Of a DNA stretch of 64,000 nucleotides, positions 46,403 through 56,603 are shown in pieces. The notes under the pieces are model-generated. The model saw nothing but the letters and a program-made list of their open reading frames with translations, was not told the DNA's origin and ran no database searches. The position numbers and the translations under genes were made by a program. Source of the DNA: Acidimicrobiaceae bacterium (GTDB taxonomy: Bacteria; Actinomycetota; Acidimicrobiia; Acidimicrobiales; Palsa-688); the NCBI GenBank assembly GCA_027391075.1, contig DAHYHI010000079.1:1-64000 (forward strand), in the 5' to 3' direction. The stretch's first letter is position 1. Every line of letters starts with the position of its first letter.

Positions 46403-48091
46403 TCAGCGCGAGACGGGCTTGTAGCGAATCCTGTGCGGCTGGTCCGCCTCACCGCCCATGCGGCTGCGACGGTCTGCTTCGTAGTCGGAGAAGTTGCCCT
46501 CGAACCAGCGAACCTCCGAATCGCCCTCGAAGGCCAAGACATGGGTGGCTACCCGGTCGAGGAACCAACGATCGTGGCTGATGACCACGGCGCACCCCGA
46601 GAACCCGACCAGGGCATCCTCCAGCGCCCGCAGAGTGTCCACGTCCAAGTCGTTGGTCGGCTCGTCGAGTAGGAGGAGGTTCGCCCCTGAACGCAGGGTC
46701 TTGGCCAGATGGACCCGGTTTCGTTCGCCTCCGGAAAGATCGCCAACCTTCTTTTGCTGGTCGGATCCCTTGAAGCCGAAACTCGCTACGTAGGCCCGGC
46801 CGTGGAGCTCCCGTCCGCCGACCATAAGACGGTCCACGCCGTCTGCTACCTCCTCGAAGACCGTCTTGGAGGGGTCGAGGCTTGACCTCGACTGGTCGAC
46901 GTAAGCGAGGGTGACGCTGTCGCCGACACGAACCATGCCCGAGTCAGGAGTTTCGGCTCCGGATATGAGCCGGAAGAGGGTCGTCTTGCCCGCCCCGTTA
47001 GCGCCGACGACCCCGACGATTCCCCCGGGCGGCAGGCTGAAGGAAAGGCCGTCGATCAAAAGGCGCCCCTCGAAGCCTTTAGACAGGCCGTCTGCGTCGA
47101 CGACGAGATTCCCGAGACGGGGTCCTGGCGGGATAGTTATCTCCAAGCGCTCCGGGATCTTGCGCGACGCTGCTTCCTCGGCAGAGGCGGCCAGTTCGAG
47201 GTAGGAGGCCACGCGGGCCTTGCTTTTCGCCTGGCGGGCGCGAGGTGACATCCGGATCCATTCAAGCTCGCGCTCCAGCGTGCGCTTGCGGGCCTCGTCG
47301 GCTTTGTCTTCCTTGGCGAGACGTGCCTGCTTTTGCTCTAACCAGGACGAATAGTTGCCCTGCCAGGGGATCCCAGCACCCCGATCGAGCTCGAGGATCC
47401 ACCCAGCCACGTTGTCCAAGAAGTAGCGGTCGTGAGTGACCGCCACCACAGTGCCCGGGTAGTCACGCAACGTGCGTTCGAGCCAGGCGACCGACTCGGC
47501 GTCGAGATGGTTGGTCGGCTCGTCGAGCAAGAGCAGGTCGGGGCTCGCCAGTAGCAGGCGGCACAGCGCCACGCGCCGTCGCTCGCCGCCGGAGAGGTTG
47601 GCTACGGCAGCGTCAGGCGGGGGTAAGCGCAGAGCGTCCATAGCGATCTCCAGGCGACGGTCGAGCTCCCACGCTCCGATGGCGTCGATCCGCTCGCCGA
47701 GGTCAGCCTGCTCGGCGAGAAGCTTGTCGAAGTCGGCGTCGGCTTCGCCCATCGCTGCACAAACCTCGTCATATCTGGCCAGGAGATCCCTGGTGGCTGC
47801 GACTCCCATCGCCACGTTGGCGGCGACGTCGGTCGTGTCGTCGAGCTCGGGTTCCTGCGCCAGCAGGCCGACGCTGAAACCGGGTGTCAGACGGGCCTCG
47901 CCTGTGAAGCCGTCGTCGAGGCCGGCCATTATCCGAAGCAGCGAGGACTTGCCCGAACCGTTGGACCCTATGACGCCGATCTTGGCCCCAGGATAGAAGG
48001 AGAGGTTAATCCCGCGCAGGACCTCGCGGTCGGGGGGGTAGAAGCGCCTCAAGTCGCGCATCGTGAAAATGAACTGGGCTGGCACCCCCAC
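46403..48091 (-). CDS. ettA: ABC-F ATPase, energy-dependent translational throttle EttA
   Basis: 562 aa; two ABC cassettes with EttA-like linker, no TM domain. Confidence 0.85.
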   Translation of the reverse strand: MGVPAQFIFTMRDLRRFYPPDREVLRGINLSFYPGAKIGVIGSNGSGKSSLLRIMAGLDDGFTGEARLTPGFSVGLLAQEPELDDTTDVAANVAMGVAATRDLLARYDEVCAAMGEADADFDKLLAEQADLGERIDAIGAWELDRRLEIAMDALRLPPPDAAVANLSGGERRRVALCRLLLASPDLLLLDEPTNHLDAESVAWLERTLRDYPGTVVAVTHDRYFLDNVAGWILELDRGAGIPWQGNYSSWLEQKQARLAKEDKADEARKRTLERELEWIRMSPRARQAKSKARVASYLELAASAEEAASRKIPERLEITIPPGPRLGNLVVDADGLSKGFEGRLLIDGLSFSLPPGGIVGVVGANGAGKTTLFRLISGAETPDSGMVRVGDSVTLAYVDQSRSSLDPSKTVFEEVADGVDRLMVGGRELHGRAYVASFGFKGSDQQKKVGDLSGGERNRVHLAKTLRSGANLLLLDEPTNDLDVDTLRALEDALVGFSGCAVVISHDRWFLDRVATHVLAFEGDSEVRWFEGNFSDYEADRRSRMGGEADQPHRIRYKPVSR

Positions 48092-48208
48092 AGTCTCTCA
48101 CGCCGAGGGTCGACGCCTGTACCCCGGCGCTATGGAGCGCGTCGCCGTCGAGGAGCTCGCCGGGATTTGACTCGTTGCGGTCCTCGCCCCTAAGTTGGAC
48201 AGAGGTCA

Positions 48209-48231
48209 TACCAAAATGGTCCACCTTTGGT
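48209..48231. promoter_or_regulatory. tandem short palindromes (ACCAAAATGGT / CACCTTTGGTG) upstream of the GH31 gene; candidate operator
   Basis: seen directly in the EttA/GH31 divergent intergenic region. Confidence 0.2.
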
Positions 48232-48272
48232 GCGGCTAGCATCCGAGTCGCACTTTCCCCAGGAGGCCAGCG

Positions 48273-50723
48273 ATGAGTGCCATACAACCTTCCAGCGCGA
48301 GTTCGAGTCCTCCCGCGTCAGCGGGTGACAGGCAGTTCCTGGTGAGGAGCATCGACGCTGTCAAGCTTGCCGAAAGCGGGGATGCCGTCGACGTGGATCT
48401 GACAGCGGTCGCCTATAGACATCTCGGCGTTGCGCGGGGGATCTTCACCGTCGAGCCCCCGGCAGAGCAGGGCCTTGAGCGTCTCCTGCCGAACGCCCCC
48501 GACTGGGGTGACGGCCACTCCTCCGGAGGGGGGACCGTGGCGGCCTCCGACACTCGCCGGGTGTCGATTAGGGTGCGGGCGGCCGGGCCGCGATGCCTGC
48601 GGATGACAGTCAACGCTGGCTCGGCTTGGACGCCGGCGGCAGACGGGGTCGACGACGGGATCGTCGTCGACCCGAACCCGATGGGTGCGGGCATAGAAGT
48701 CGCCGAGACCCCCGGCTACGTGGAAGTCCGAGGCCAAGGCGTTGCCTTGCGCTTGCACCGCCGGCCTTTCCGCCTAGAGCTGATCGGGGCGTCAGGAGTG
48801 CCCCTCGCGCGAAGCGGGGGTGGGCTACGCCAAGTCGCCGGATTGCCTCTCGTGCCGGCCATGTCCCTACTCGACGGCCGCCTGTCCATGAGCCTGGAGA
48901 TAGCGCCGGGAGAACTGCTGGCCGGGTTGGGAGAGCAGTTCACCTCTACCGTGCACAACGGTAGGAGCTTCGAGTTGATAGCCAACGACGCTCTCGGCGC
49001 CGGAACTGGCCTCACCTACAAAGCTGCACCCGTCATACACTCCTCGGCTGGCTACAGCCTGTTCGTCAACACGCCGGGACCTATGCGTGTCGACGTCGGA
49101 GCCACCTTCCCGTCGGTGCTGGAACTGGACAACGAGGAGGACCGCTTCGACTGCTTCTTCCTTGCCGCCGCGACCCTCAAGGAGCGTCTGACCGACTACA
49201 CAGCGATCACCGGACGGATGTCGGTGCCGCCGAGATGGGCTTTTGGGGTATGGATGTCGCGGTGCCGTTACCGCACGCGCTCCGAGCTCGAGTCGGTCGC
49301 CTCGAAGCTTCGTGAGACCGGCATGCCTTGCGACGTGTTGCACATCGACCCTGACTGGTTGGAACGCGACCTGCTCAACTGCGATTTCGTGTGGAGCGAC
49401 ACCAAATACCCCGATCCTGCCGGGATGGTCAAGTCTCTCGGCTCGCAAGGCTTTCGCCTGTCAGTTTGGGAACTTCCCTACCTTGACCCGGACTCGCCGG
49501 TCTTCGACGAAGCCGCCGATGCCGGTTTGCTCGTGACGGGCTCGGACGGCTCGCCCGCAGTGGTAGCCCGAACAATGTCGCGAGACGGCCGGCCCCGTCA
49601 CCTGGTGGACTTCTCCAACCCTGCGGCGCGTAACTGGTGGAAGGAAAAGAACAGGGGGCTGGCCGACCTGGGAGTGGCGGTCATCAAGTGCGACTTCGGC
49701 GAAGGTCTGCCCGACGACGCCATCATGTCGGACGGCCGGCGAGGTAGGGCGTGGCGCAACCTGTACCCGATGTGGTACAGCCGGACCGTCTCCGAGACCC
49801 TCGCCGAGCGTGACGGCTCCGAGGCCCTGGTTTGGAGCAGGAGCGGTTGGGCCGGCTCGCAACGGTACCCAGCCCAGTGGGGCGGAGACCCAGAGGCGAG
49901 CGTCGCCGGTCTAGCCGCTGAACTGAGAGCCGGTATCAGCTGGAGCTTGTCCGCTCCTGGGCTGTGGGCGCACGACATCGGAGGGTTCTACGGCGACGGA
50001 CCCAGCCCGGAGCTCTACGTGCGCTGGGCGCAGGTGGGTTGTCTGTCCCCGCTGTCGCGTTTCCACGGTCTACGCCCCAGGGAACCCTGGGAGTTCGGGC
50101 AGCGGGCTTTCTCGATCGTCCGGGACTTCGCCCGTCTGCGCTACCAGCTGCTGCCGTACCTTATGAGCGCCGCGGGCGAAGCGAGCCGTTTCGGCTGGCC
50201 CGTGCTGCGACCGTTGGCGCTCGAGTACCCCGACGAGAAGCTCCTGTGGCACGTGGATCACGAATACATGCTCGGGTCGGACCTTCTGGTGGTGGCAGTG
50301 CTCGACGAATCCCCCGACGTCGCCGCCGTGGACGTGGTCCTACCGCCCGGGCAGTGGGTGGACTTCTGGACCGGGGACGTGGCCAGCGGCCCGAGCCGGA
50401 CTCGCGTGGAGGTGCCCCTCGAACGCATACCTCTCTACGTGAGGGCGGGTACGGTCATCCCGATGGGGCCAGCCGCCAATCACACCGGCGAGATCGACCC
50501 CGCTCGGTGGGATCTGCACGTGTGGCCTGGTCCGGCGACCGTTACGACCGTCTACGACGGGGATCTCGCCCACCGCTACCGGCCCGACCCGGGCTCCCCG
50601 GACTGGCCCGCAGGGAGAGTCCTGTGTCGCGAGCCTGCTCGCAGGGCGGCGAAGGCTTACGTGCATCTTCCCGGCGGACGGGTGCAAGAGGTGCCTGCCG
50701 TGGCCGTGAGCGCGCAGTTCTAG
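48273..50723 (+). CDS. glycoside hydrolase family 31 (alpha-glucosidase / alpha-xylosidase-like)
   Basis: 816 aa; GH31 catalytic regions (HIDPDWLE...; KCDFGEGLP with the acid/base Asp). Confidence 0.8.
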   Translation: MSAIQPSSASSSPPASAGDRQFLVRSIDAVKLAESGDAVDVDLTAVAYRHLGVARGIFTVEPPAEQGLERLLPNAPDWGDGHSSGGGTVAASDTRRVSIRVRAAGPRCLRMTVNAGSAWTPAADGVDDGIVVDPNPMGAGIEVAETPGYVEVRGQGVALRLHRRPFRLELIGASGVPLARSGGGLRQVAGLPLVPAMSLLDGRLSMSLEIAPGELLAGLGEQFTSTVHNGRSFELIANDALGAGTGLTYKAAPVIHSSAGYSLFVNTPGPMRVDVGATFPSVLELDNEEDRFDCFFLAAATLKERLTDYTAITGRMSVPPRWAFGVWMSRCRYRTRSELESVASKLRETGMPCDVLHIDPDWLERDLLNCDFVWSDTKYPDPAGMVKSLGSQGFRLSVWELPYLDPDSPVFDEAADAGLLVTGSDGSPAVVARTMSRDGRPRHLVDFSNPAARNWWKEKNRGLADLGVAVIKCDFGEGLPDDAIMSDGRRGRAWRNLYPMWYSRTVSETLAERDGSEALVWSRSGWAGSQRYPAQWGGDPEASVAGLAAELRAGISWSLSAPGLWAHDIGGFYGDGPSPELYVRWAQVGCLSPLSRFHGLRPREPWEFGQRAFSIVRDFARLRYQLLPYLMSAAGEASRFGWPVLRPLALEYPDEKLLWHVDHEYMLGSDLLVVAVLDESPDVAAVDVVLPPGQWVDFWTGDVASGPSRTRVEVPLERIPLYVRAGTVIPMGPAANHTGEIDPARWDLHVWPGPATVTTVYDGDLAHRYRPDPGSPDWPAGRVLCREPARRAAKAYVHLPGGRVQEVPAVAVSAQF

Positions 50724-50792
50724 GAGTCGTCCCTGGCCGAGTGCGCGGACGGCTCCGCCACTCGGCCAGCTCGGTTACTCGGGCGGGTTGGT

Positions 50793-51821
50793 TCAGCGGG
50801 CGGGTTGGCGGTGCGCCCCGACAGCATGCCTCGCAGGTATCCCGTCGAGCACCGCTGCGATGTCAGAGGCCAGAGCAGCTGAGATCGCCTCTTGGGATTC
50901 GTTGGTGAGACCGGCCACGTGGGGGCTGAGTACCACCCTGTCGCAAGCTTCGAGACGCCCGATGGTGGGCGGTTCGGAGGCCCGGACGTCGAGACCCGCC
51001 CCGCCCAGGCGTCCCGATTCGAGGGAGTCGGCGAGGGCATCCTCGTCTATCAGACCGCCCCGTGACACATTTATCAGGTAGGAGCCCGATTTCATGTCAG
51101 CCAAGAATCCGGCGTCGACCATACGCTCGGTGTCGGGGGTCAAAGGCAGGTGCAGCGACACGACGTCGGCGGACGTGACGAGCTCTACCAGGCTGGTGGC
51201 CCTGGCGTCCACGCCTTTGGGCAGTGGAGTCCCCGGGTCCAGGACGGGGTCGTAGCCGACCACCCGCATCCCAAGCGCCGAGGCCAACGCGCTCAGCGCT
51301 CTGCCCGTAGCGCCGAGTCCAATCACCCCCCACGTCTTGCCGGCCAGCTCGGTGCCGTACCGGCGGTCCCAGACTCCTGAGCGCACCCGGGCGTCGTGGC
51401 CCACCACGTCCTTGGCAAGAGCGAGAGCGAACGCCAAGGTGTGCTCGGCGACGCTCTGGGCGTTCGCTCCGAGCGGGGCGACGACCACGACACCTAGCTC
51501 GTCGGCGGCGAGAAGGTCGATGTTGTCCAGGCCGACACCAGCCCGAGCGACGATCTTCAGCAGCGGAGCTGCCTCCAGGAGCCCGCGGTCCACCGATGTC
51601 CGGTTGCGGACCACCAGCGCCGAAGCGGAACGCACGGCATTGACGAGTCGATCACGGTCGGACCACAACTCGGCTTGCCGGCGGACCGCATGGCGAGCTG
51701 ACAGGTCTTCGAACGCGCCGCCCCAAACGTCTTCGGATATGACGACGGCCGGGTCAGTGTCGGGCCTGTGTGGGCCGGGCTGGTCCTGGCCAGCGGTCTC
51801 GTCTTGGTTGGCAGATGGCAT
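50793..51821 (-). CDS. D-isomer-specific 2-hydroxyacid dehydrogenase (phosphoglycerate dehydrogenase-like)
   Basis: NAD-binding GVIGLGATGRALSALASALGMRVVGYDP; catalytic His/Glu/Arg triad region; start set at the internal Met MPSANQ (ORF extends to 51965). Confidence 0.75.
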   Translation of the reverse strand: MPSANQDETAGQDQPGPHRPDTDPAVVISEDVWGGAFEDLSARHAVRRQAELWSDRDRLVNAVRSASALVVRNRTSVDRGLLEAAPLLKIVARAGVGLDNIDLLAADELGVVVVAPLGANAQSVAEHTLAFALALAKDVVGHDARVRSGVWDRRYGTELAGKTWGVIGLGATGRALSALASALGMRVVGYDPVLDPGTPLPKGVDARATSLVELVTSADVVSLHLPLTPDTERMVDAGFLADMKSGSYLINVSRGGLIDEDALADSLESGRLGGAGLDVRASEPPTIGRLEACDRVVLSPHVAGLTNESQEAISAALASDIAAVLDGIPARHAVGAHRQPAR

Positions 51822-51959
51822 CGCTTGGCTCCGTTTCTGATACCGCAGTAGCGTCGGAAGACGTGTAAAGGGGTTCCGGCATGAGGTCTGACCACTGTTA
51901 GACTTGCACGGTCGGATGGTCCTGTCAACCCGGGCCACGATCGCTAAAGGAGACCACAG

Positions 51960-52973
51960 ATGCAAAGCACCGTCGGGGCGATGAGGCAGACCGCCGCTCG
52001 TATCCTTGTTGCAGCGGGAATGGCCGAGGGCCCGGCGGATCGCACTGCCTGGGCCCTTGCGGCCGCTGACGCTTGGGGGAGGGGATCACACGGTCTCATG
52101 CGGCTGCCGTTCTACTTGGATCGTTTTGCCGGCGGGGGGGCGAACCCGGCAGCGGTGCTACGCCAGGTCAGCGACACCGGGCCCGTCGTCTGCTACGACG
52201 GTGACAACGGCCTCGGGCACTGGCAGGTTTGGGAGGCCGCCCAGGTTGCTTCCCAGCGCGCCGGCCAGTACGGCATAGCCGCCGTGTCGGTAGGTAACTC
52301 CGGGCACTGCGGGGCGTTAGGCCTGTACGTGGCCGCCGCAGCGGAGGCGGGACGCGCGTCGGTGGCGTTCTCGAACGGCCCTGCGGTCATCCCCCCGTGG
52401 GGTGGCAGAGCCCCGGTCTTGTCCACCAGCCCGATCGCCTTTGCCATGCCCGACGAGGCGGGAGCGGTGATAGTAGACCTTGCGACCAGTGCCGTAGCGC
52501 GCGGCAAGATCGCTGAGGCAGCTGCGGCCGGTCGACAACTCGAAGTGGGCTGGGCGCTCGACGAGGACGGCGAGCCGACAACCGATCCGGCGAAAGCGCT
52601 CAAAGGGATGCTCGCCCCGATCGGCGGCGCCAAAGGTTACGCGCTAGCGACCATGGTCGAACTTCTAACCGGCGTGCTCGTGGGATCGAACCTCGCCGGG
52701 GACGTCGCAGACCCGCTGTCGCTAGACGCCGCGGGCTCAGCCCAGCGAATAGGCCACCTTCTGATAGCCCTCGACCCCTCAAGGTTCGACGTCGACGGGA
52801 ACGCCTCGGCGCGTATGTCTCTGTACGCGAAGAGAGTCCAAGCCGCCGGCGGCAGGCTGCCCGGCGCGGGCAGGAAGCTCCCGGGGGCTATCGCCGACGA
52901 CGACACGCTTACGATACCCGACAGTGTCGCCGAGCGCATCGCCGAGCACGCCGGCCGCTTGGGAGTCGCCTAA
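51960..52973 (+). CDS. Ldh_2-family (malate/L-lactate/sulfolactate-type) NAD(P)H-dependent oxidoreductase
   Basis: 337 aa; Ldh_2 signature (MRLPFYLDRF ... GNSGHCGALG ... PWGGRAPVLSTSPIAFA). Confidence 0.75.
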   Translation: MQSTVGAMRQTAARILVAAGMAEGPADRTAWALAAADAWGRGSHGLMRLPFYLDRFAGGGANPAAVLRQVSDTGPVVCYDGDNGLGHWQVWEAAQVASQRAGQYGIAAVSVGNSGHCGALGLYVAAAAEAGRASVAFSNGPAVIPPWGGRAPVLSTSPIAFAMPDEAGAVIVDLATSAVARGKIAEAAAAGRQLEVGWALDEDGEPTTDPAKALKGMLAPIGGAKGYALATMVELLTGVLVGSNLAGDVADPLSLDAAGSAQRIGHLLIALDPSRFDVDGNASARMSLYAKRVQAAGGRLPGAGRKLPGAIADDDTLTIPDSVAERIAEHAGRLGVA

Positions 52974-53011
52974 AGCCGGGACGGGGTACCCGGGACGGGG
53001 GCTATCGGGGC

Positions 53012-53956
53012 TTAGAGCTTGGGAGAGGCCCAGCCCTCACCAAGTACTGCCAGAAGCTCGTCGGCGAGAGCAGCGGTCGCGGATTCGGTGGCCTCGCGCA
53101 GAGGGGCGGCTAGGGTGGCTTCGCACAGGCCCGCTAGCTTGAGCGCCGCCTTCCAGCCGGCGGGGAACCCCGGTCGCCGGCAGGCGAATACCACGTCGGC
53201 AAGCTTCGCCTGAAGGCTTCTCGCCTCAGCGGCCGCGGAAATCGACGCATTGTACAAAGAGCGAACCAGTCCCGGGACGAGGTTCACCGATGCGGCTATC
53301 GTGCCCTTGCCTCCTGCGGCGAGGCTCGCTGACAGCAGCGTGTCCGAGCCTGTGAGAAGGCAGAAACCTTCGCTTGCGGCGGTTCGGGCTGCGACCGCGC
53401 AGAAGTACTCCATGTCCCGACTGGAATCCTTCATTCCCGCTATACGAGGATGATCCGACAAGTCCCCTGTAACCACCGGAGCAACTGACACCTTGGTCAT
53501 CGCGGGAATGTTGTATATGAGCACTGGGAGAGCTGACCGCTCCGCCACGTAACTGTAGAAGTCGGCAACGGCGCCGTCGCCGAGGGGATAGTAAAACGGC
53601 GGAGGGACGAGCACTGCTGTCGCCCCCGCATCGGCGTACGCTTCGATGTCCGCGAGAGTTGCTTCAGCGTTGACGCTGAGAGTTCCAGGAATTATCGGGG
53701 TACCGGCCGGGGCCATACCGGTCACCGCCTGCACCAAAGCGACCCGTGTCTCACGAGACAGAAGCGGCCCCTCGCCGGTCGAACCCGCAGGGCACAGCCC
53801 GTCGGCGCCGCCCGCAAGGATGTGGTCCACCAGGCGACCCAGGCTGGACACGTCAAGGCGCCCGGATCGTTCAAGTGGCGTCGCCAAAGCCGCCATTACC
53901 GTGCCGACAGCAGCGCCGCTGATCCGCCGCTGGCTGGGATCTTGTGATTGTTCCAC
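53012..53956 (-). CDS. DapA/NAL-family protein (likely 2-keto-3-deoxy-sugar-acid dehydratase/aldolase, e.g. KdgD/KdxD-like)
   Basis: 314 aa; DHDPS-family pattern (ATPLERSGRLD ... GLCPAGSTGEGPLLS ... Schiff-base Lys region) in a sugar-acid operon. Confidence 0.7.
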   Translation of the reverse strand: MEQSQDPSQRRISGAAVGTVMAALATPLERSGRLDVSSLGRLVDHILAGGADGLCPAGSTGEGPLLSRETRVALVQAVTGMAPAGTPIIPGTLSVNAEATLADIEAYADAGATAVLVPPPFYYPLGDGAVADFYSYVAERSALPVLIYNIPAMTKVSVAPVVTGDLSDHPRIAGMKDSSRDMEYFCAVAARTAASEGFCLLTGSDTLLSASLAAGGKGTIAASVNLVPGLVRSLYNASISAAAEARSLQAKLADVVFACRRPGFPAGWKAALKLAGLCEATLAAPLREATESATAALADELLAVLGEGWASPKL

Positions 53957-53965
53957 GATTGGAGC

Positions 53966-54859
53966 CTAACCTCCGCTGGCTTGATGTGGTCTTGGTCGGC
54001 TCAGGTCCGACAGTGGGTCCGCTTGGCGCGACAAGCTGCGGCCGCCGTCGACGACCACGACAGCCCCGGTAACAAACGACGCGGCGGGCGAAGCGAGGAA
54101 CACGCACACCGAAGCGACGTCGTCGCCGGTGCCCATACGCCCAAGCAGGGTCGGCGAGCTTGCATCAGGGTTTCCCGATTCGGCCAGCGCCTCTCGGGTC
54201 GACCCCGAGGCGACAGCGCCGGGGGCGACGGCATTCACCCTGATACCGAGGGGACCGAATTCGACAGCGAGTGCTCTGGTCAAAGACACGATCCCGCCCT
54301 TGGTAGCGACGTAGCTTACGTAGGTGGGAAGTGGAAGCGAAGCCTGGATCGCTGCGAGGTTTATTATCGCCCCTGATCCGCCCTGCGACATCGAAGGGGC
54401 GACAGCCTGGCACAGCATCGCCGTGGCGGTCAGGTTCGTCGCAAGGATCCGGTCCCACTCGTCCGGGCCGACTTGGAGGAAGTGGTGGCGGGTGCCGTGG
54501 TCGGCTGCGTTGTTGACCAGGACGTCCACGCTGCCGAGCTTCGACACCGCCACGTCGAGGGCGAGGCGACGTTCGGAGGCTACGCTCAAGTCGGCGACGA
54601 CCGGCCACGACCGTCCCCCGTCAGCTTGTATCGAGGCGGCCGTGGCCGTAGCTGCGTCGGCGTTGCGGTCCACCACCGCCACGGCGGCTCCTGCGTAGGC
54701 CATGCGCCTAGCGATGTCCGCCCCGATGCCGGACCCTGCTCCTGTGACGAACGCGACACGCCCGTCGAGCCATCCTGACATGTCGAACTTCGACGCCGGG
54801 CGGCGTTCGCCGTCGCCGGCTGGGCCGGTTGGCCCGGCTGGGGGTGTGGTGCCGGTCAT
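53966..54859 (-). CDS. SDR-family oxidoreductase
   Basis: TGAGSGIG cofactor motif, NNAA, catalytic YxxxK; alternative start at 54781 (MSGWLDG). Confidence 0.8.
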   Translation of the reverse strand: MTGTTPPAGPTGPAGDGERRPASKFDMSGWLDGRVAFVTGAGSGIGADIARRMAYAGAAVAVVDRNADAATATAASIQADGGRSWPVVADLSVASERRLALDVAVSKLGSVDVLVNNAADHGTRHHFLQVGPDEWDRILATNLTATAMLCQAVAPSMSQGGSGAIINLAAIQASLPLPTYVSYVATKGGIVSLTRALAVEFGPLGIRVNAVAPGAVASGSTREALAESGNPDASSPTLLGRMGTGDDVASVCVFLASPAASFVTGAVVVVDGGRSLSRQADPLSDLSRPRPHQASGG

Positions 54860-56601
54860 GTCGGAGGTCTCGGGACTCCGACTGGTCGCCTGCCGACGAG
54901 GAAGTCGAAGTCAGCTCCGCGATCAGCCTGTAACACATGCGAGCGGTAAAGGTGGCTGTATCCGCCGTCGCCGTCGAGCACCGGAGCTCTCCACGACTTG
55001 CGCCTCTCGGCGAGCTCGTCGTCTGTCACGTCGACGCGTAGGGTCCTAGAAGCGACGTCGAGGGTTATCCGGTCACCCGTCCTTACCAGCGCCAAAGGTC
55101 CTCCGGTCGCTGCTTCGGGGGTGACGTGCAACACGACCGTTCCGAACGACGTGCCGCTCATCCGGGCGTCCGATATGCGGACCATGTCGCGTATCCCGTC
55201 GCGAAGAAGGCGGCGAGGCAGAGGCAGGTTTCCTACTTCAGGCATGCCCGGGTAGCCGACAGGACCAGCGTTTCGCAGCACGAGCACGTCTTGGGCTTCG
55301 ATCGACGAATCCTCCGAGTCCATAGCGGAGTTGAGCTCCTCGACAGAGTCGAACACCCAGGCTTTACCCGTGTGCGATAGGAGGTTCTCCGACGCGGCCG
55401 AAAGCTTCAGGACCGCCCCGTCGGGGCAGAGGTTGCCGTGAAGCACGACAGTTCCGCGACCAGCGGGTAGCAGCGGTGCGTTGCGTGAGGAGATAACGGA
55501 ACGGTCGTAGCATGGGGCGCCTGCGATCTCCTCGCCGACGGTCCGTCCTGTAACGCTCAAAGCTTTGAGATCCAACAGATCTGATATCTCGGCCATGACG
55601 GCTGGCAGGCCGCCTGCGGAGGCAAACTCTTCCATCAAGAACTGACCTGTCGGTTTCAGGTTCACCAGGGTGGGCACGTCCCTGCCCAGCCGGTCGAAGT
55701 CGTCCAACTCTAAAGGCACGCACGCCCTGGCAGCCATAGCAAGCAGGTGCACGACGGCGTTAGTGGAGCCTCCGATGGCCACGTTGACCCGCACAGCGTT
55801 CTCGAAGGAGCCTCTGGTGAGGATGCGGGAAGGGCGAAGGTCCTCGCGAACCATCTCCACGCATCGACGCCCGGCGAGATGGGCGTACACCTTGCGAGCC
55901 GCGTCGACGGCCGGCACGGCCGCCGAGCCAGGAAGGGCCAACCCGAGCGCCTCCACGAGGCAAGCCATCGTCGAAGCCGTCCCCATCGTCGTGCAATGCC
56001 CGTTGCTGCGCGAGACGCACACCTCGGACGCCACGAAGTCTTCGGCTGTCATGGTGCCTGCCCTTACGTCCTCGGAGAAACGCCACAGGTCGGTGCCCGA
56101 ACCGACGGCCACCCCGCGAAAACGTCCGTTCATCATCGGCCCCCCGGTGACCACGATCGACGGGACATCCGCGCTCGCCGCTGCCATTACAGCTGCGGGG
56201 GTCGTCTTGTCGCAGCCGGTGAGGAACACCACCCCGTCGAGCGGGTTGGAACGTATCAGCTCTTCTATCTCCATCGCCGCCAAGTTGCGGTAGAGCATCG
56301 CCGTCGGGCGCATTAACGTCTCGCCCAACGCCAGTGTCGGGAACTCGAACGGGAACCCCCCCGCCTCCCAGATCCCGGCTTTTACCGACTGGGCCAAGTC
56401 GTGGAGATGCACGTTGCATGGGGCGAGCTCCGACCAGCTTGCGGCAATGCCGATCACCGGTCTGCCGGCGAACAGGTCGGACGGGAACCCCTCGGACTTC
56501 GTGTGGGAGCGGTGGTAGAAGCCGAGCTTTCCGGTCGCTTCGAACCACGCCGCGCTTCGAAGCGGCCGCGGTGACGGTTGGGCCTGTGGCTGCGGTGACA
56601 C
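54856..56601 (-). CDS. IlvD/EDD-family dehydratase (sugar-acid dehydratase, e.g. xylonate/arabonate dehydratase-like)
   Basis: 581 aa; IlvD/EDD motifs (PVIGIAASWSELAPCNVHL; CDKTTPAAVMAAA; SGTSFGTVVLHVTPEAA). Confidence 0.8.
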   Translation of the reverse strand: MSPQPQAQPSPRPLRSAAWFEATGKLGFYHRSHTKSEGFPSDLFAGRPVIGIAASWSELAPCNVHLHDLAQSVKAGIWEAGGFPFEFPTLALGETLMRPTAMLYRNLAAMEIEELIRSNPLDGVVFLTGCDKTTPAAVMAAASADVPSIVVTGGPMMNGRFRGVAVGSGTDLWRFSEDVRAGTMTAEDFVASEVCVSRSNGHCTTMGTASTMACLVEALGLALPGSAAVPAVDAARKVYAHLAGRRCVEMVREDLRPSRILTRGSFENAVRVNVAIGGSTNAVVHLLAMAARACVPLELDDFDRLGRDVPTLVNLKPTGQFLMEEFASAGGLPAVMAEISDLLDLKALSVTGRTVGEEIAGAPCYDRSVISSRNAPLLPAGRGTVVLHGNLCPDGAVLKLSAASENLLSHTGKAWVFDSVEELNSAMDSEDSSIEAQDVLVLRNAGPVGYPGMPEVGNLPLPRRLLRDGIRDMVRISDARMSGTSFGTVVLHVTPEAATGGPLALVRTGDRITLDVASRTLRVDVTDDELAERRKSWRAPVLDGDGGYSHLYRSHVLQADRGADFDFLVGRRPVGVPRPPT

Positions 56602-56603
56602 CG

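Noticed and set aside
52974-53011. Direct repeat CCGGGACGGGG x2 with a GGGTACCC core in a convergent gap
   Set aside because: Too short, and the stem pairing is poor (4 bp); probably fortuitous GC-rich sequence between two convergent stops, possibly a weak terminator.
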